DNA of 64,000 bases from the NCBI GenBank assembly GCA_031362565.1, contig JANLSU010000120.1, positions 1 through 64,000 on the forward strand. Reading direction: 5' to 3'. The notes under the pieces are model-generated. The model was not told the origin of the DNA. It saw nothing but the letters and a program-made list of their open reading frames with translations, and searched no databases. Within the stretch, counting starts at the first letter, position 1; each line of letters starts with the position of its first letter. Shown here in pieces: positions 10,201 to 19,928 of the stretch. Position numbers and translations under genes: made by a program. This stretch comes from a bacterium (GTDB lineage: Bacteria; Krumholzibacteriota; Krumholzibacteriia; G020349025).

Positions 10201-11418
10201 ATGCCGATCGGCGACCGGATCAAGCAAGCGCGAATCGCAGCCGGAATGACCCAGGACGAGGTCGTCGCCGCTCTCGCATCGCACGGTCAGACGCTCACCA
10301 AGGCGGGCCTGTCGAAGTACGAGCGCAGTGGGAGCGTTCCCAAGCCGACCACCCTTCGAGCGCTGACGCGGGTGTTTGACGTGGCGCCGGACTTTCTCCT
10401 CGAGGAGCCGGAAGTCCTCGTGCAGTGGCTCGCGTTTCGCAAGGCCTCCGGACTAGGACAAACCGCGCAGGCGCGAATTCAGTTCGTTGCGGCCGCGCAG
10501 GTGGAGGCGTTTGTGATGCTTCGACACGCCCTCGAGCCCAAACGCGAGCAACCGACGCCGAAGCGGACTCGCGTGGTGTCGCCGGCGGATGCCGAGACTG
10601 CGGCCGAACGGCTGCGCGAAGCGTGGCGGCTTGGCGACCAGGCGGTTGACAGTGTGACGACCGCGATCGAAGACGCCGGCGGCCTCGTCGTGGAAACCGG
10701 GCACCAGGCGAAGCTCTTCGATGGTCTCTCGGGTTGGGCCCAGAAAACCACACCGGTTGTCGTGATGAGCGCCGCGGCAGCCGATGATCGTCGCCGGTTC
10801 AGCCTGGCGCACGAACTTGGGCACTTGTTCATGGATGTTGGAAATGCCGATCCCAAGACCGAGGAGAAGCTTGCGCATCGATTCGCGGCTGCCTTCCTCG
10901 TGCCGGCAAACACGGCGCGGCGGGAACTTGGCGAGACGCGTCGCCATCTCGACCTCCGCGAACTGGCATTCTTGAAAACCAAGCATGGGCTCAGTATGCA
11001 AGCGTGGATCTACCGCGCCGCGGACCTGGGCATCATCGAACCAAGTCACGCTCGCAGTCTCTTCGCCGCGTTCAGCGCCAAGGGCTGGCGCAAGGAGGAG
11101 CCCGTGAAGTTCGAAGGCCGCGAGAAACCGACAAGGCTTCGGCAACTTGCCGTTCGGGCTTTGGCGGAAGGGCTCCTGTCCGCATCGCAGGCGGAGCGAA
11201 TCTGCCCGAATGCGCTTCCGGATCGCAACGACCTGCGTCGCCCCGAACCTGGCAGCATGGACGCACGGTCTCTTCTCCTGCTACCGAAGGACGAGCGGGA
11301 GCGGTTGTTGGAGCAAGCCGCAGAGCTGGCGCGGGGCGACTACGAACCAGGCGGCGCCCTCACTGGATTCGAGGCGATGAGCGAGAAGGACCACTTTGAC
11401 GAGCCCGTGGACGACTGA
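10201..11418 (+). CDS. XRE-family HTH regulator fused to an ImmA/IrrE (M78) metallopeptidase domain
   Basis: IGDRIKQARIAAGMTQ...LSKYE HTH; RRRFSLAHELGH zincin motif; EKLAHRFAAAFLVP. Confidence 0.9.
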   Translation: MPIGDRIKQARIAAGMTQDEVVAALASHGQTLTKAGLSKYERSGSVPKPTTLRALTRVFDVAPDFLLEEPEVLVQWLAFRKASGLGQTAQARIQFVAAAQVEAFVMLRHALEPKREQPTPKRTRVVSPADAETAAERLREAWRLGDQAVDSVTTAIEDAGGLVVETGHQAKLFDGLSGWAQKTTPVVVMSAAAADDRRRFSLAHELGHLFMDVGNADPKTEEKLAHRFAAAFLVPANTARRELGETRRHLDLRELAFLKTKHGLSMQAWIYRAADLGIIEPSHARSLFAAFSAKGWRKEEPVKFEGREKPTRLRQLAVRALAEGLLSASQAERICPNALPDRNDLRRPEPGSMDARSLLLLPKDERERLLEQAAELARGDYEPGGALTGFEAMSEKDHFDEPVDD

Positions 11419-11542
11419 TCCGCTGCCGGCTCGTGGCGAGATTTGGTGGATTCACTTCGATCCAGTTCAGGCCAGATTCTTCAGCACCGCGGACTCTCGC
11501 CCGCGAGATGCGCGGTTGCGGGAACCCCGCGGGGAGGGTTGA
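11396..11542 (+). pseudogene. Truncated PemK/MazF toxin N-terminus
   Basis: Frame from TTG 11396 reads ...PARGEIWWIHFDPVQ, the PemK/MazF N-terminal motif, then diverges and stops at 11542. Confidence 0.65.
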
Positions 11543-11596
11543 CTTTGAAGGCGCCCGTCCGTTACATTTGCTCGGCACTTATATGCAGAAGCCGAG
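11539..11596 (+). promoter_or_regulatory. Promoter and inverted-repeat operator of abiEi
   Basis: TTGACT-N18-TACATT followed by CTCGGC-N14-GCCGAG. Confidence 0.55.
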
Positions 11597-11601
11597 GTTT
11601 T

Positions 11602-12207
11602 GTGCCGCGTCGAATTACCGGCCCTCACGCCCAGCGCCTGGTCAAACGTCTCGGGATCGCGCGGTCCCGCGACCTCGAGCTCGCGGGCATCTCCCGGACT
11701 CAGATTCGGAGGTTGCTCGACCAAGGAACCCTTGAGCGCGTCAGTCGTGGCTTGTACGGAGTGCCAGGCGCGGCGAGAACCGAACGCCACCATCTCGCAG
11801 AGGCCGCGCGCCGGGTCCCCGGCGGGGTGATCTGCCTTCTCTCGGCGCTACGCTTCCACGGAATGACTCCGCAAAATCCATTCGAAGTCTGGATTGCCAT
11901 CGATCGCAAGGCGTGGCGGCCGCAAGTGGAACATCCGCCACTCCGGTTCGTGTTTCTTTCCGGCGCAACGCTACGCGAGGGCGTGGAGGAACGCAACATC
12001 GGCGGTGTCTCTGTGAAGGTGTTCGGCGCCGCCAAGACCGTCGCCGATTGCTTCAAGTTTCGCAACAAGATCGGAACCGACGTCGCGGTCGAGGCCCTGC
12101 GTGATTACCGCCGAATCCACCCGAAAAAGCTTGAGGCCGTTTGGCGTTTCGCCGAGCTGAATCGCGTCGCACGCGTCATTCGACCCTACATCGAGTCGAT
12201 CCAATGA
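11602..12207 (+). CDS. abiEi: Type IV TA AbiEi-family antitoxin / transcriptional regulator
   Basis: LERVSRGLY, GGVICLLSALRFHG, AKTVADCFKFRNKIGTDVAVEAL. Confidence 0.88.
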   Translation: MPRRITGPHAQRLVKRLGIARSRDLELAGISRTQIRRLLDQGTLERVSRGLYGVPGAARTERHHLAEAARRVPGGVICLLSALRFHGMTPQNPFEVWIAIDRKAWRPQVEHPPLRFVFLSGATLREGVEERNIGGVSVKVFGAAKTVADCFKFRNKIGTDVAVEALRDYRRIHPKKLEAVWRFAELNRVARVIRPYIESIQ

Positions 12208-12217
12208 CCCAATGGTG

Positions 12218-12844
12218 CTATCCGGTATAACCGCACACGCCCATGCGCGGCGAGTTCACGACCGGCATCGGTTCGATGTCGTCTGCGCAGGGATGATTCT
12301 TCGCGTGCTTCGTGCAGAGCCAGCCGTCGGTCCCACCCCACATGCACTGCGGGCAGACGAGCGTCGCGCGAGCCTTGCAAACGATGCAGGTCCAAACGAT
12401 CGGGAGATTGCGCGCTACGACCCGCAGGGCGGCACGGCCCCGCGTGCCGTCGCGTTCCGACACGATACGTCCCACGAGCGCCGTCGTGCTGCCGAAATCA
12501 TACTCGTAGGAGAATCGTGCTCCACCGCTCAATGCCGTACCGAGCGCCGCGCGCTTGGCAATCTCCGCCCTGCCGACGTGAAATGCGCTCATGTGGTCAC
12601 AGCATTCGAGCCAGACGTGCCTCAGAAGAAGATCGAGTTGCTCGAAGGTTGTATCGCTCCGCGCCTCGCAGTAGAGCCAATACGTGGCGTCGTGCGATGC
12701 ATCGACTCGCAGCAGCGCGAGCGGCACCGCGTCCGAACCGGAGTCGTGCTCCGGGGCGCACTTCTTCAGGTGCATCGCCATCTGCGGTTCCGGGATGAGA
12801 CTGTCGCACAGTTCACAGTGTCCGGTCGCCGTCGATGTGGTCAT
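12218..12844 (-). CDS. Cys-rich hypothetical protein, pRiA4b ORF-3-like
   Basis: CxxC/H zinc motifs, LDLLLRHVWLECCDHMSAF, YEYDFGSTT, VVNSPRMGVCGY; GGAGG RBS. Confidence 0.7.
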   Translation of the reverse strand: MTTSTATGHCELCDSLIPEPQMAMHLKKCAPEHDSGSDAVPLALLRVDASHDATYWLYCEARSDTTFEQLDLLLRHVWLECCDHMSAFHVGRAEIAKRAALGTALSGGARFSYEYDFGSTTALVGRIVSERDGTRGRAALRVVARNLPIVWTCIVCKARATLVCPQCMWGGTDGWLCTKHAKNHPCADDIEPMPVVNSPRMGVCGYTG

Positions 12845-14045
12845 GCCTGGCCTCCAAATGGTCCGGCCGAGCGCGCTTCGATCGCAGGTCCCGATAGGAA
12901 TCCGGGTGACCCGACGCCTCGAAGACTTGCCCGGCAAGAGAGAAGCGCCCCGCTTCGCGTGCGCATTCCATCATCCGCTCGATCGGTCGCCACCCCTGCG
13001 TACCGAACTCGCGGGCGGCGGGAACGAAGCGATCGAATCGGCGGTGTGCCACCCAGAGCTCGATTCGCAGTCCTCTCGCCCGCGTCGCTTCATATTCGAA
13101 TCCTAGCGAGCCCAGTGTCGTAACGGTCTCCGCAATGATGCCTTCGAGCCGCGTCACATCTGCAGCCGCAACCCCACTGAAGTAGCCCGTCATGTCGTCG
13201 ACCAGGGCGTAGTCTTCCCAGGTGACGAATTCGACGAGATCCCGATAGAACACGGTTGCGTCGCAGCCCGCGTCCTGCCACGGGACGGCGAGATACTTCC
13301 GCCAGATGTCGCCGAAGAGTTGGCCGAACATGCCGAACGAATCGTCGGTGCATTCCATGGCGTCCGCGATGACTGTCACGCCTGCCCGCAAGAGCGCCAG
13401 CCGCTTCGCATGCGACAACCCGGCGATGTTGGCGCGGTGGATTCGCTTCTCGAGCCTCATCGCCAGGTCCATCGCGGCGCGCCCGGCATGAAATGGCACA
13501 GCATCGACGAGCGGCTGCAGTTGCGCCGCATCGCCGGCAGGGGAAATCGGAAACAGCCGCCAGTACCCCGACCGCGACCGGGCCTTCAGCCGGACACGGG
13601 GCCGGAATTGCATCGGCGGCGTCCAGTAGGAGGCGGCTTGTTCGAGCACCTTCGTTCGCGCCTTGGCCGCCAGTTTCTCGTCGACCGCATCGACGTCGCC
13701 AAGAACCTCCTGAATGGACAGGCCGGCGTCCCGTAGACGCAGCTCCAGATCTAGCCCATGCGCCAGTTTGACCTCCGCATCCTTCTGATGCTGATAGTCG
13801 CGGCGCAGCGCTTCGAAATGCGCCATGAGCCCGTCGAGGCCGTTGACATCTCGTACCGCGAGGCGCAGGAACCAGCGGTCCCAGTAGCAAAAGGCATGGC
13901 CGTCGACCAGCTTCCACAACTCGGGCCCCTGAATGATCTTCTTCTGGGGCGACTGTGGCTCCGGCCGCCAAGCGAGCCTCTCGCCGAGGGCGGGCATGAC
14001 CGGCTCGGGCAGGGATTTATCGTGATGCGGCGTCATGAACATCAT
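12813..14045 (-). CDS. Hypothetical helical protein
   Basis: Long ORF co-oriented with neighbours; DDSFG...WEDY motifs; start uncertain. Confidence 0.7.
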   Translation of the reverse strand: MMFMTPHHDKSLPEPVMPALGERLAWRPEPQSPQKKIIQGPELWKLVDGHAFCYWDRWFLRLAVRDVNGLDGLMAHFEALRRDYQHQKDAEVKLAHGLDLELRLRDAGLSIQEVLGDVDAVDEKLAAKARTKVLEQAASYWTPPMQFRPRVRLKARSRSGYWRLFPISPAGDAAQLQPLVDAVPFHAGRAAMDLAMRLEKRIHRANIAGLSHAKRLALLRAGVTVIADAMECTDDSFGMFGQLFGDIWRKYLAVPWQDAGCDATVFYRDLVEFVTWEDYALVDDMTGYFSGVAAADVTRLEGIIAETVTTLGSLGFEYEATRARGLRIELWVAHRRFDRFVPAAREFGTQGWRPIERMMECAREAGRFSLAGQVFEASGHPDSYRDLRSKRARPDHLEARHDHIDGDRTL

Positions 14046-14104
14046 TGTGCCGCATCTGACTTGTGGTTTCCAAGCGGGTCGCGCGTCCCTTCGGACCGCG
14101 TCCG

Positions 14105-15331
14105 CTACAAGCGCAATTCCCGCTTGAGAATCCGAGTCACGAAGCGATCGCCGAACGTCTCCTCCGCAACGCGGGCGCGGATCTTCTGGAACACGGCCTG
14201 CGCCTGGCCCAACTGCACCGCGACCGCCATGGTTTCCGCGAAGGCGCTCGCGACATCGGTGGACTGCTCGCCGTAGCCCTCAACCAACCAGTGGATAGCG
14301 AGCAAGCCAGCCTCGAGCGCGAATTCCGGCCGGGTCGCGGCAAAGTCACGACAGGCGCGGGTCAACGTGCGCGGGTCCGCGGGACTTTGGCGTGCAAGCG
14401 CGATTGCCTCATCGAGCAGGCCTGCGTCCTTGGCGGCCGCGAACCATTTCCCCTCCATGCCTGATGTGCTGGCGGCGAGATCGGACAGGATTTCAGACTT
14501 GGCCTTGTGGGGATATTTTTGGGCGACGGCGCGGAAGGTCGCAGCGTACGTCGTGCGGACATGGGTGCGGAGGGCGTAGTTGCGATAGGCCTCATCGGCG
14601 CGGCCTGCGCCCAAGAGCAGTTTTTCGCAGAAGGCATCGATACCCGGGCCGTTCGAGCGGTTGCGGCACGCTTCGGCCTCGCGGAGGGCCTCTTGCCACT
14701 TGCCTTGCGCGAGCAGCGACTTGGCGATCCACAGGCGGTACATCCAAAAGGTCTCGCCGTCGAGGAGCGCGACGAGATCGTCGAAGCGTTCGGCGCGAAC
14801 AAGAGCGCTCAGACACGCTGAAGTGCCGTTGAAGAATCGTGATTCAGCATGCGTCGATCGCAACGCCGCGCGTGTTCGTTCCAAGAGCCGATCGGCCCAG
14901 GCGGATGCGGTCTCCTTTGAGACGCAGAGGTCGCCCCAATGTTCGGCGAGCCCTTCGATCCACGGCGTTTGATCGGCAGCGTGGGCTGCAAATAGACGAT
15001 CGAGCCACGCTTCGCGCGCCGGCGCGTCGACTGGCGCGCGCGCGATGATGCCGACGAAGTCCTCGATGGCAGCATTCAGCATGGCGCCGAGCGCGCCGGA
15101 AGACCCGTCGACGTTGTCGAGTGCCGGCGAAACGCGCTCTAAGAAGAGCACTGCACCCTCGGCGCCGAGGACGGGGTCGAGCTTCGCGGCGCGCTTGATC
15201 TCCGCGACGGCTTCTTTGACGCGCGCCTGCGCGGGTTGGGACTTCCAGCCGAAGGCAGCGCGGCGGAAACGAGGCTTGAAGGCCCAGGCGTGCTGGCGTT
15301 TGCGCCCGGTTGAGCGAGTGCTCTGTTTCAC
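14105..15331 (-). CDS. Conserved hypothetical alpha-helical repeat protein
   Basis: WAFKPRFRRAAFGWKSQPA, VDGSSGALG, GKWFAAAKDAG; GGAGG RBS. Confidence 0.8.
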   Translation of the reverse strand: MKQSTRSTGRKRQHAWAFKPRFRRAAFGWKSQPAQARVKEAVAEIKRAAKLDPVLGAEGAVLFLERVSPALDNVDGSSGALGAMLNAAIEDFVGIIARAPVDAPAREAWLDRLFAAHAADQTPWIEGLAEHWGDLCVSKETASAWADRLLERTRAALRSTHAESRFFNGTSACLSALVRAERFDDLVALLDGETFWMYRLWIAKSLLAQGKWQEALREAEACRNRSNGPGIDAFCEKLLLGAGRADEAYRNYALRTHVRTTYAATFRAVAQKYPHKAKSEILSDLAASTSGMEGKWFAAAKDAGLLDEAIALARQSPADPRTLTRACRDFAATRPEFALEAGLLAIHWLVEGYGEQSTDVASAFAETMAVAVQLGQAQAVFQKIRARVAEETFGDRFVTRILKRELRL

Positions 15332-15385
15332 AGGGCCTCCCGGCAGTTTCGCGGCGCCGCCAGACGCGTTGCTACAGCCGGCCTT

Positions 15386-15778
15386 TCAGGCGGCCAGCAC
15401 TTGGATGCCGGGGCACGCGAGAAGTCGCGCATCGGACGTCACGAGTGTGAGATCGAGCACCCGTGCCGTTGCTGCCAAGAATCGATCTGCCGGATCAGGA
15501 TGCGGCAGCGCGATTCGGCGACTTTCGCGTGCGATGTCGTGGGTCAGCGTCGCCTCTTGAATCGGCAGGGCGGCGAGCGCGCTCTCGATCCAGGCTTGAG
15601 GATCGGGGAGCAAGATCAGCCGCCCGCGATCTGCGAGGAGAAGCGCTTCCCAAACACTGATCGGGGAGAGCCAGAGATCCGTGTCTGGCTGTCGCAGAAC
15701 ATGTCGCACTCGCGTCGATAGTTTTTCCGGCTCGAGCAGGCTCCACAGCCAGACGTGGGTATCGAGCAACAGTCTCAC
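15386..15778 (-). CDS. vapC: PIN-domain toxin VapC
   Basis: LLLDTHVWLW, SPISVWE, DPADRFLAATA, LVTSD; overlaps the antitoxin stop codon. Confidence 0.92.
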   Translation of the reverse strand: MRLLLDTHVWLWSLLEPEKLSTRVRHVLRQPDTDLWLSPISVWEALLLADRGRLILLPDPQAWIESALAALPIQEATLTHDIARESRRIALPHPDPADRFLAATARVLDLTLVTSDARLLACPGIQVLAA

Positions 15779-16017
15779 GAGGTCTCGGCCTCCCAATCGC
15801 TCGAATCGGACGCGGGCTCTACGAGATCGCCTCGGATACTGCCGGTTTCACGCAGCGATCCGAGCCACTCCGGCTGCCGCGGCGGAAGCGAGGGCGGAGT
15901 GATCTCGGCGATAGGTTTCCCGAACCGTGTCACCAAGATGGGCTGCCGAGTGCGACGCACGCGATCCAGGACCGCGAGGCAGGTCGCCTTGAACTTCGAG
16001 ATCGCGATTTCTTCCAC
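15775..16017 (-). CDS. Phd/YefM antitoxin
   Basis: IAISKFKATCLAVLDRV...ILVTRFGKPIAEI. Confidence 0.9.
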   Translation of the reverse strand: MEEIAISKFKATCLAVLDRVRRTRQPILVTRFGKPIAEITPPSLPPRQPEWLGSLRETGSIRGDLVEPASDSSDWEAETS

Positions 16018-16037
16018 GCAGGCCTCCGTTCTTTTCG

Positions 16038-16066
16038 ATTATACCATGGTCTAAGACCATGGTCAA
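16038..16066 (-). promoter_or_regulatory. phd-vapC promoter with twin palindromic operators
   Basis: TTGACC-N17-TATAAT containing two ACCATGGT palindromes. Confidence 0.85.
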
Positions 16067-16132
16067 TACGCACCGGGAAACCGCCATGCGCGGCGTAGGG
16101 GCCCTGAATGCACCGTGGTTGCCTTTTCCTGC

Positions 16133-16161
16133 TTAAAAACATACCAACTAGTTGGTATATT
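16133..16161 (+). promoter_or_regulatory. TetR promoter/operator (likely leaderless transcript)
   Basis: Perfect 18-bp palindrome ATACCAACTAGTTGGTAT (16141-16158) overlapping TATATT, which ends 6 nt before ATG 16168. Confidence 0.8.
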
Positions 16162-16167
16162 CCGCCC

Positions 16168-16800
16168 ATGACGCCACCACGACCCGATTCCAAGGTGAAG
16201 TTCCTAGACGCCGCCCTCCACGTGATCCGCACCAAGGGCTACGAGGCCGCGACGATCGACGACCTCTGCGCGGCCGCCGGCCTGACCAAGGGCAGCTTCT
16301 TCCATCATTTCGCGACCAAGGAAGACCTGGCGATCGAGGCGGCGGCACATTTCGGTGCGATGGCGGAAGGCTTGTTTGCCCAGGCGCCCTACCGGCGCCC
16401 CGCCGATCCGCTCGAGCGCCTGTTGGGATATGTCGATTTCCGCGCCGCGATCATGCGCGGTGATCTTCCCGACTTCACGTGTCTGCTCGGCACGATGGTG
16501 CAGGAGACCTTCGACACGCATCCCGCGATCCGGGACGCGTGCAACAAGCAGATCAGCGAGCACGCGGCGACGGTCGAGGAGGACATCGCCCAAGCGAAGC
16601 AGCTCTACGCTCCCGACGCACCCTGGTCGCCCGAAAGCCTCGCACTCTTCACGCAGGCTGTGATCCAAGGGGCATTCATCTTGGCCAAGGCCAAGGGCGG
16701 CCCCGAAGTCGCCGTGGAATGCATCGCCCACTTACGACGCTATCTCGAAACGCAGTTCACTTCACCCAAGCCCAAAAAGAAGCGCGCTCATGTCGAGTAA
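16168..16800 (+). CDS. TetR/AcrR family regulator (NemR-like)
   Basis: [38 protein letters not shown]. Confidence 0.92.
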   Translation: MTPPRPDSKVKFLDAALHVIRTKGYEAATIDDLCAAAGLTKGSFFHHFATKEDLAIEAAAHFGAMAEGLFAQAPYRRPADPLERLLGYVDFRAAIMRGDLPDFTCLLGTMVQETFDTHPAIRDACNKQISEHAATVEEDIAQAKQLYAPDAPWSPESLALFTQAVIQGAFILAKAKGGPEVAVECIAHLRRYLETQFTSPKPKKKRAHVE

Positions 16801-17275
16801 ACAAAAAATCATGCCCTGCCTCTGGTTCGACAGCAACGCCGAAGCCGCGATGGACTTCTACTGTTCGATCTTCAAGAACTCCAAGATCCACCACCTGGCG
16901 CGCTACGGCGACGCCGGGCCGGGGCCGAAGGGACAGGTCATGGTCGGCACGTTCCAGCTCGAGGGTCAGCAGTTCATGGCGTTGAATGGCGGACCGATGT
17001 TCAAGTTCACCGAGGCCATTTCGCTCAAGGTGGAATGCGACAGCCAAGAAGAAGTCGATGCCCTGTGGAGCAAGCTCACGGCAGATGGCGGCGCACCCTC
17101 ACAGTGCGGTTGGCTCAAGGACAAGTTTGGACTCTCCTGGCAGATCGTTCCGTCGAGTGTGGTCGAAATGCTGAGCGACAAGGATGCCGCGAAATCGAAC
17201 CGGGTCATGGAAGCGATCATGCAGATGACCAAGATCGACATCGAGAAGTGCAAGCAAGCGTACAACCGGGTGTAA
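16790..17275 (+). CDS. VOC family protein (PhnB / 3-demethylubiquinone-9 methyltransferase-like)
   Basis: [30 protein letters not shown]. Confidence 0.92.
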   Translation: MSSKQKIMPCLWFDSNAEAAMDFYCSIFKNSKIHHLARYGDAGPGPKGQVMVGTFQLEGQQFMALNGGPMFKFTEAISLKVECDSQEEVDALWSKLTADGGAPSQCGWLKDKFGLSWQIVPSSVVEMLSDKDAAKSNRVMEAIMQMTKIDIEKCKQAYNRV

Positions 17276-17313
17276 CGCGGAAAATCACTCCGGAAGCGAA
17301 AGGAGAATGAACC

Positions 17314-18132
17314 ATGTCCGATCGCAAGCTTGTGCCCGGGAAGTTCGTGTGGTTCGAGCACGTGTCCCGGGACCCCAAGAAGGCGCAGGCGTTCTATGGC
17401 GAAGTGCTCGGCTGGACGGTGCGCCCGTTCCCGATGGGCGACTTCAGCTACGACATGATCTACGCCGGCGACACGATGATCGGCGGCTATGCGGCACGGC
17501 AACACAGTGCGCACTGGCAGGGTGAGGGCGAGGCCGCGGGCGCAAGCGACGGCCCGCCCCCGCACTGGATCTCGTGTCTCTCGGTCGACGATGTCGATGC
17601 GATCGCGACCGCCACGATCGCCAACGGCGGCAAAGTGATCGAGCCGCCGTACGATGCCCCCGGCGTCGGCCGGATGGCACGGATCGCCGATCCGCAAGGC
17701 GCCGAGCTGTCGCTCATCAAGAGTGCCAATGGCGATGCGCCCGATGCACTCGCGCCCCCCGGTGGTTGGGTGTGGAACGAGCTGCACACGACGGACCCCG
17801 CGAAGGCACTCACCTTCTACGAACGAGTCGTCGGCTTCGCGCACCGTTCGATGGACATGGGGCCAGGCGGCACGTACCACATCGTGTCCATGGGTGGCGT
17901 CGACCGCGGCGGCGTGACGACCCACTTGCCGAGCGGTGTGCCGCCACACTGGTTGCCCTACGCCAACGCCGCCGACGTCGACGCGACAGTCGCACGCGCG
18001 AAAAAGCTCGGCGGCAAAGTCCTGATGGGCCCCGAGGACATTCCGGGCGCTGGCCGGGTCGCCGTGCTGGAGGATCCGACGGGTGCCGCAATCGCGATCC
18101 TCAATCCGAAACCGATGGAGAAACCGCGCTAA
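17314..18132 (+). CDS. Two-domain VOC/glyoxalase family protein
   Basis: FVWFEH...AFYGEVLGW and WVWNELHT...FYERVVG; repeated GR.A...DP.GA. Confidence 0.9.
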   Translation: MSDRKLVPGKFVWFEHVSRDPKKAQAFYGEVLGWTVRPFPMGDFSYDMIYAGDTMIGGYAARQHSAHWQGEGEAAGASDGPPPHWISCLSVDDVDAIATATIANGGKVIEPPYDAPGVGRMARIADPQGAELSLIKSANGDAPDALAPPGGWVWNELHTTDPAKALTFYERVVGFAHRSMDMGPGGTYHIVSMGGVDRGGVTTHLPSGVPPHWLPYANAADVDATVARAKKLGGKVLMGPEDIPGAGRVAVLEDPTGAAIAILNPKPMEKPR

Positions 18133-18372
18133 CCGGCGTTGCCGTCGCGACGGCCACCGTCACGCCCCGAATCGCACCTGACCGTCAACATGGTTGCCCT
18201 TCGGCGTCAACGATCTCGACGACGCCGAAGGGTCCGCCGCGTTCGCGCCGCGCGCCGGCCACGGTTTGTCGTGCGGCACAATCATCGCTTAGGATCGCGG
18301 TACCGGCGGCATTCGACCGTCGAGCTCGAGCGGTCGCACGAGAGCGTTGCCAAAGCACCGGAGGTTGAGTCC

Positions 18373-18573
18373 ATGAAGGTTGCATACGATGCCGAGACAG
18401 ATACCCTCTCCGTGATCTTCAAGGAGCAGGCCACCGTTGCCGAGAGTGACGAAGACAAGCCCGGCATCATTCTCGATTACGACGCCCTGCAGGATCTCGT
18501 CTCTCTCGAGATTCTCGACGCCTCGCGGCGCGTGACCAACACGGGCCATGTCGACTACACGCGCACGTCGTGA
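18373..18573 (+). CDS. DUF2283 domain protein (putative antitoxin)
   Basis: MKVAYDAETDTLSVIF...ESDE...ILDYD...LEILDAS; GGAGG RBS. Confidence 0.85.
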   Translation: MKVAYDAETDTLSVIFKEQATVAESDEDKPGIILDYDALQDLVSLEILDASRRVTNTGHVDYTRTS

Positions 18574-18633
18574 TCTCGGCGCCTGCGAGCGTTCGAGAAT
18601 TTGCCGGACTTCGCGCCCTCGCGGCTGGGCCGC

Positions 18634-18676
18634 TTGACTATTTGCCACTTGGCGCGTATATTTATGCCATATGGCA
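18634..18676 (+). promoter_or_regulatory. Xre-RES promoter with two TGCCA-N2-TGGC operators
   Basis: TTGACT-N17-TATATT; TGCCACTTGGCG (18643) and perfect palindrome TGCCATATGGCA (18665). Confidence 0.75.
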
Positions 18677-19192
18677 GGACGTGAAAGGGGCGCCCGGATG
18701 CCGGACGCAGCGGAACGGAAGAAGAAGGAATCGCCCGACACGCGGGAGTTCCTGCATCGTTTCGAGACAACCGGCACGGTCGGCCTCTACTACGTCGCTT
18801 TCCTTGGATTGCGGACCTACGTCGTCGGCCGTCTGCTCGAGGACGTTCACCGCGGATTGCCCTATCGAGCGTGGGAGAGGCTCCTCAGCAACACCGAGAT
18901 CGAAAAGGAGCAGCTGCTCCGAATGGTCCAGATCACTTCCCGCACGCTCAGCCGGCGCAAGGAAGAAGGGCGACTGGAGCCGGACGAATCGGATCGGCTG
19001 CTGCGTGTTTCGAGACTGTTTGCACACGCGTTGGCCCTGTTCGAGGGCGAGGCCGGCGATGCACGGCGCTGGCTCACCACTGCGCAGTCCGGTCTTGGAG
19101 GAGACACTCCCGTCGAGGTCGGCGCGACCGAAATTGGCGCGCGTGAGGTAGAAGCTTTGATCGGCCGGCTCGAGCACGGTATTCCGTCTTGA
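18671..19192 (+). CDS. Xre/MbcA/ParS antitoxin
   Basis: RTLSRRKEEGRLEPDESDRLLR...ARRWL...LGGDTP...IGRLEHG; start may be 18698. Confidence 0.9.
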   Translation: MAGRERGARMPDAAERKKKESPDTREFLHRFETTGTVGLYYVAFLGLRTYVVGRLLEDVHRGLPYRAWERLLSNTEIEKEQLLRMVQITSRTLSRRKEEGRLEPDESDRLLRVSRLFAHALALFEGEAGDARRWLTTAQSGLGGDTPVEVGATEIGAREVEALIGRLEHGIPS

Positions 19193-19662
19193 TTCGTGCC
19201 TGGCGCATTGTGAAGTCGGCGTATGCAGCGCACGCATTCGATGGCGAAGGCTCACAACTCTATGGCAGCCGGTGGAACAGCCCCGGTTTGCGGATCGTTC
19301 ACACGTCCGCGACTCTCTCCCTTGCCGTTCTGGAGATCCTCGCGCACTTGCAAAGCGTCGCGCCGCTCCCGCACTATTTGGTCTTCCCGACGGACTTCGA
19401 TCCAGCCCACATCGAACAGGTCGAGATGTCGACGCTCCCCTCCGGGTGGCGACGCTCACCACCCTCCGCCGCCGTGCAGCAAACCGGCAACCTTTGGGTG
19501 CGGCGCGCGTCCTCGGCGGTTCTCGCGGTACCCAGCGCATTGATTCCGCACGAACGCAACTATCTACTGAACCCCGCGCACCCGGACTTCAAGCGAATCC
19601 AGATCAGCCCGCCGGTCGCTCTCGACGTCGACCCGCGCGTGTTCGGCGGAACGGGAGCCTGA
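19189..19662 (+). CDS. RES-domain toxin (NAD+ phosphorylase family)
   Basis: AWRI, DGEGS..YGSRWN, LAVLE, VPSALIP.ERNYLLNPAHPDF. Confidence 0.92.
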   Translation: MIRAWRIVKSAYAAHAFDGEGSQLYGSRWNSPGLRIVHTSATLSLAVLEILAHLQSVAPLPHYLVFPTDFDPAHIEQVEMSTLPSGWRRSPPSAAVQQTGNLWVRRASSAVLAVPSALIPHERNYLLNPAHPDFKRIQISPPVALDVDPRVFGGTGA

Positions 19663-19928
19663 CCTCAGCCATTGCGCAATCGCCCGTCTCCCGCAGTTCA
19701 TCGCAACGAAAGCCTGCGCCACGACGCTTCGGACTTGCCGTGACTGCCGACGCCCAGGCGGGCAACGTTGTAGACAAGAAGGTGAGCGCCAACGCGACAG
19801 CCCGCGCTCCAAATACGACGGTCCATCCGCGCAGGCCCGTCGCGCGACACGTGTAACGGGCATCGAAACGAACTAGCACACGATTTGCAGGCCCGCCGAC
19901 CTGAGACTGCGAAACGGGGTGACGTAGC

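Noticed and set aside
18126..18200. Integron attC site after the VOC gene
   Set aside because: GCTAAC start and a small palindrome only; no matching GTTRRRY end and no similar sites between other modules.
18320..18376. DUF4258 toxin 3' remnant before DUF2283
   Set aside because: Only a faint resemblance (RTRALPKHRRLSP*); too weak to call.
19873..19889. Sigma54 promoter TAGCAC-N5-TTGCA
   Set aside because: Lacks the invariant GG at -24.
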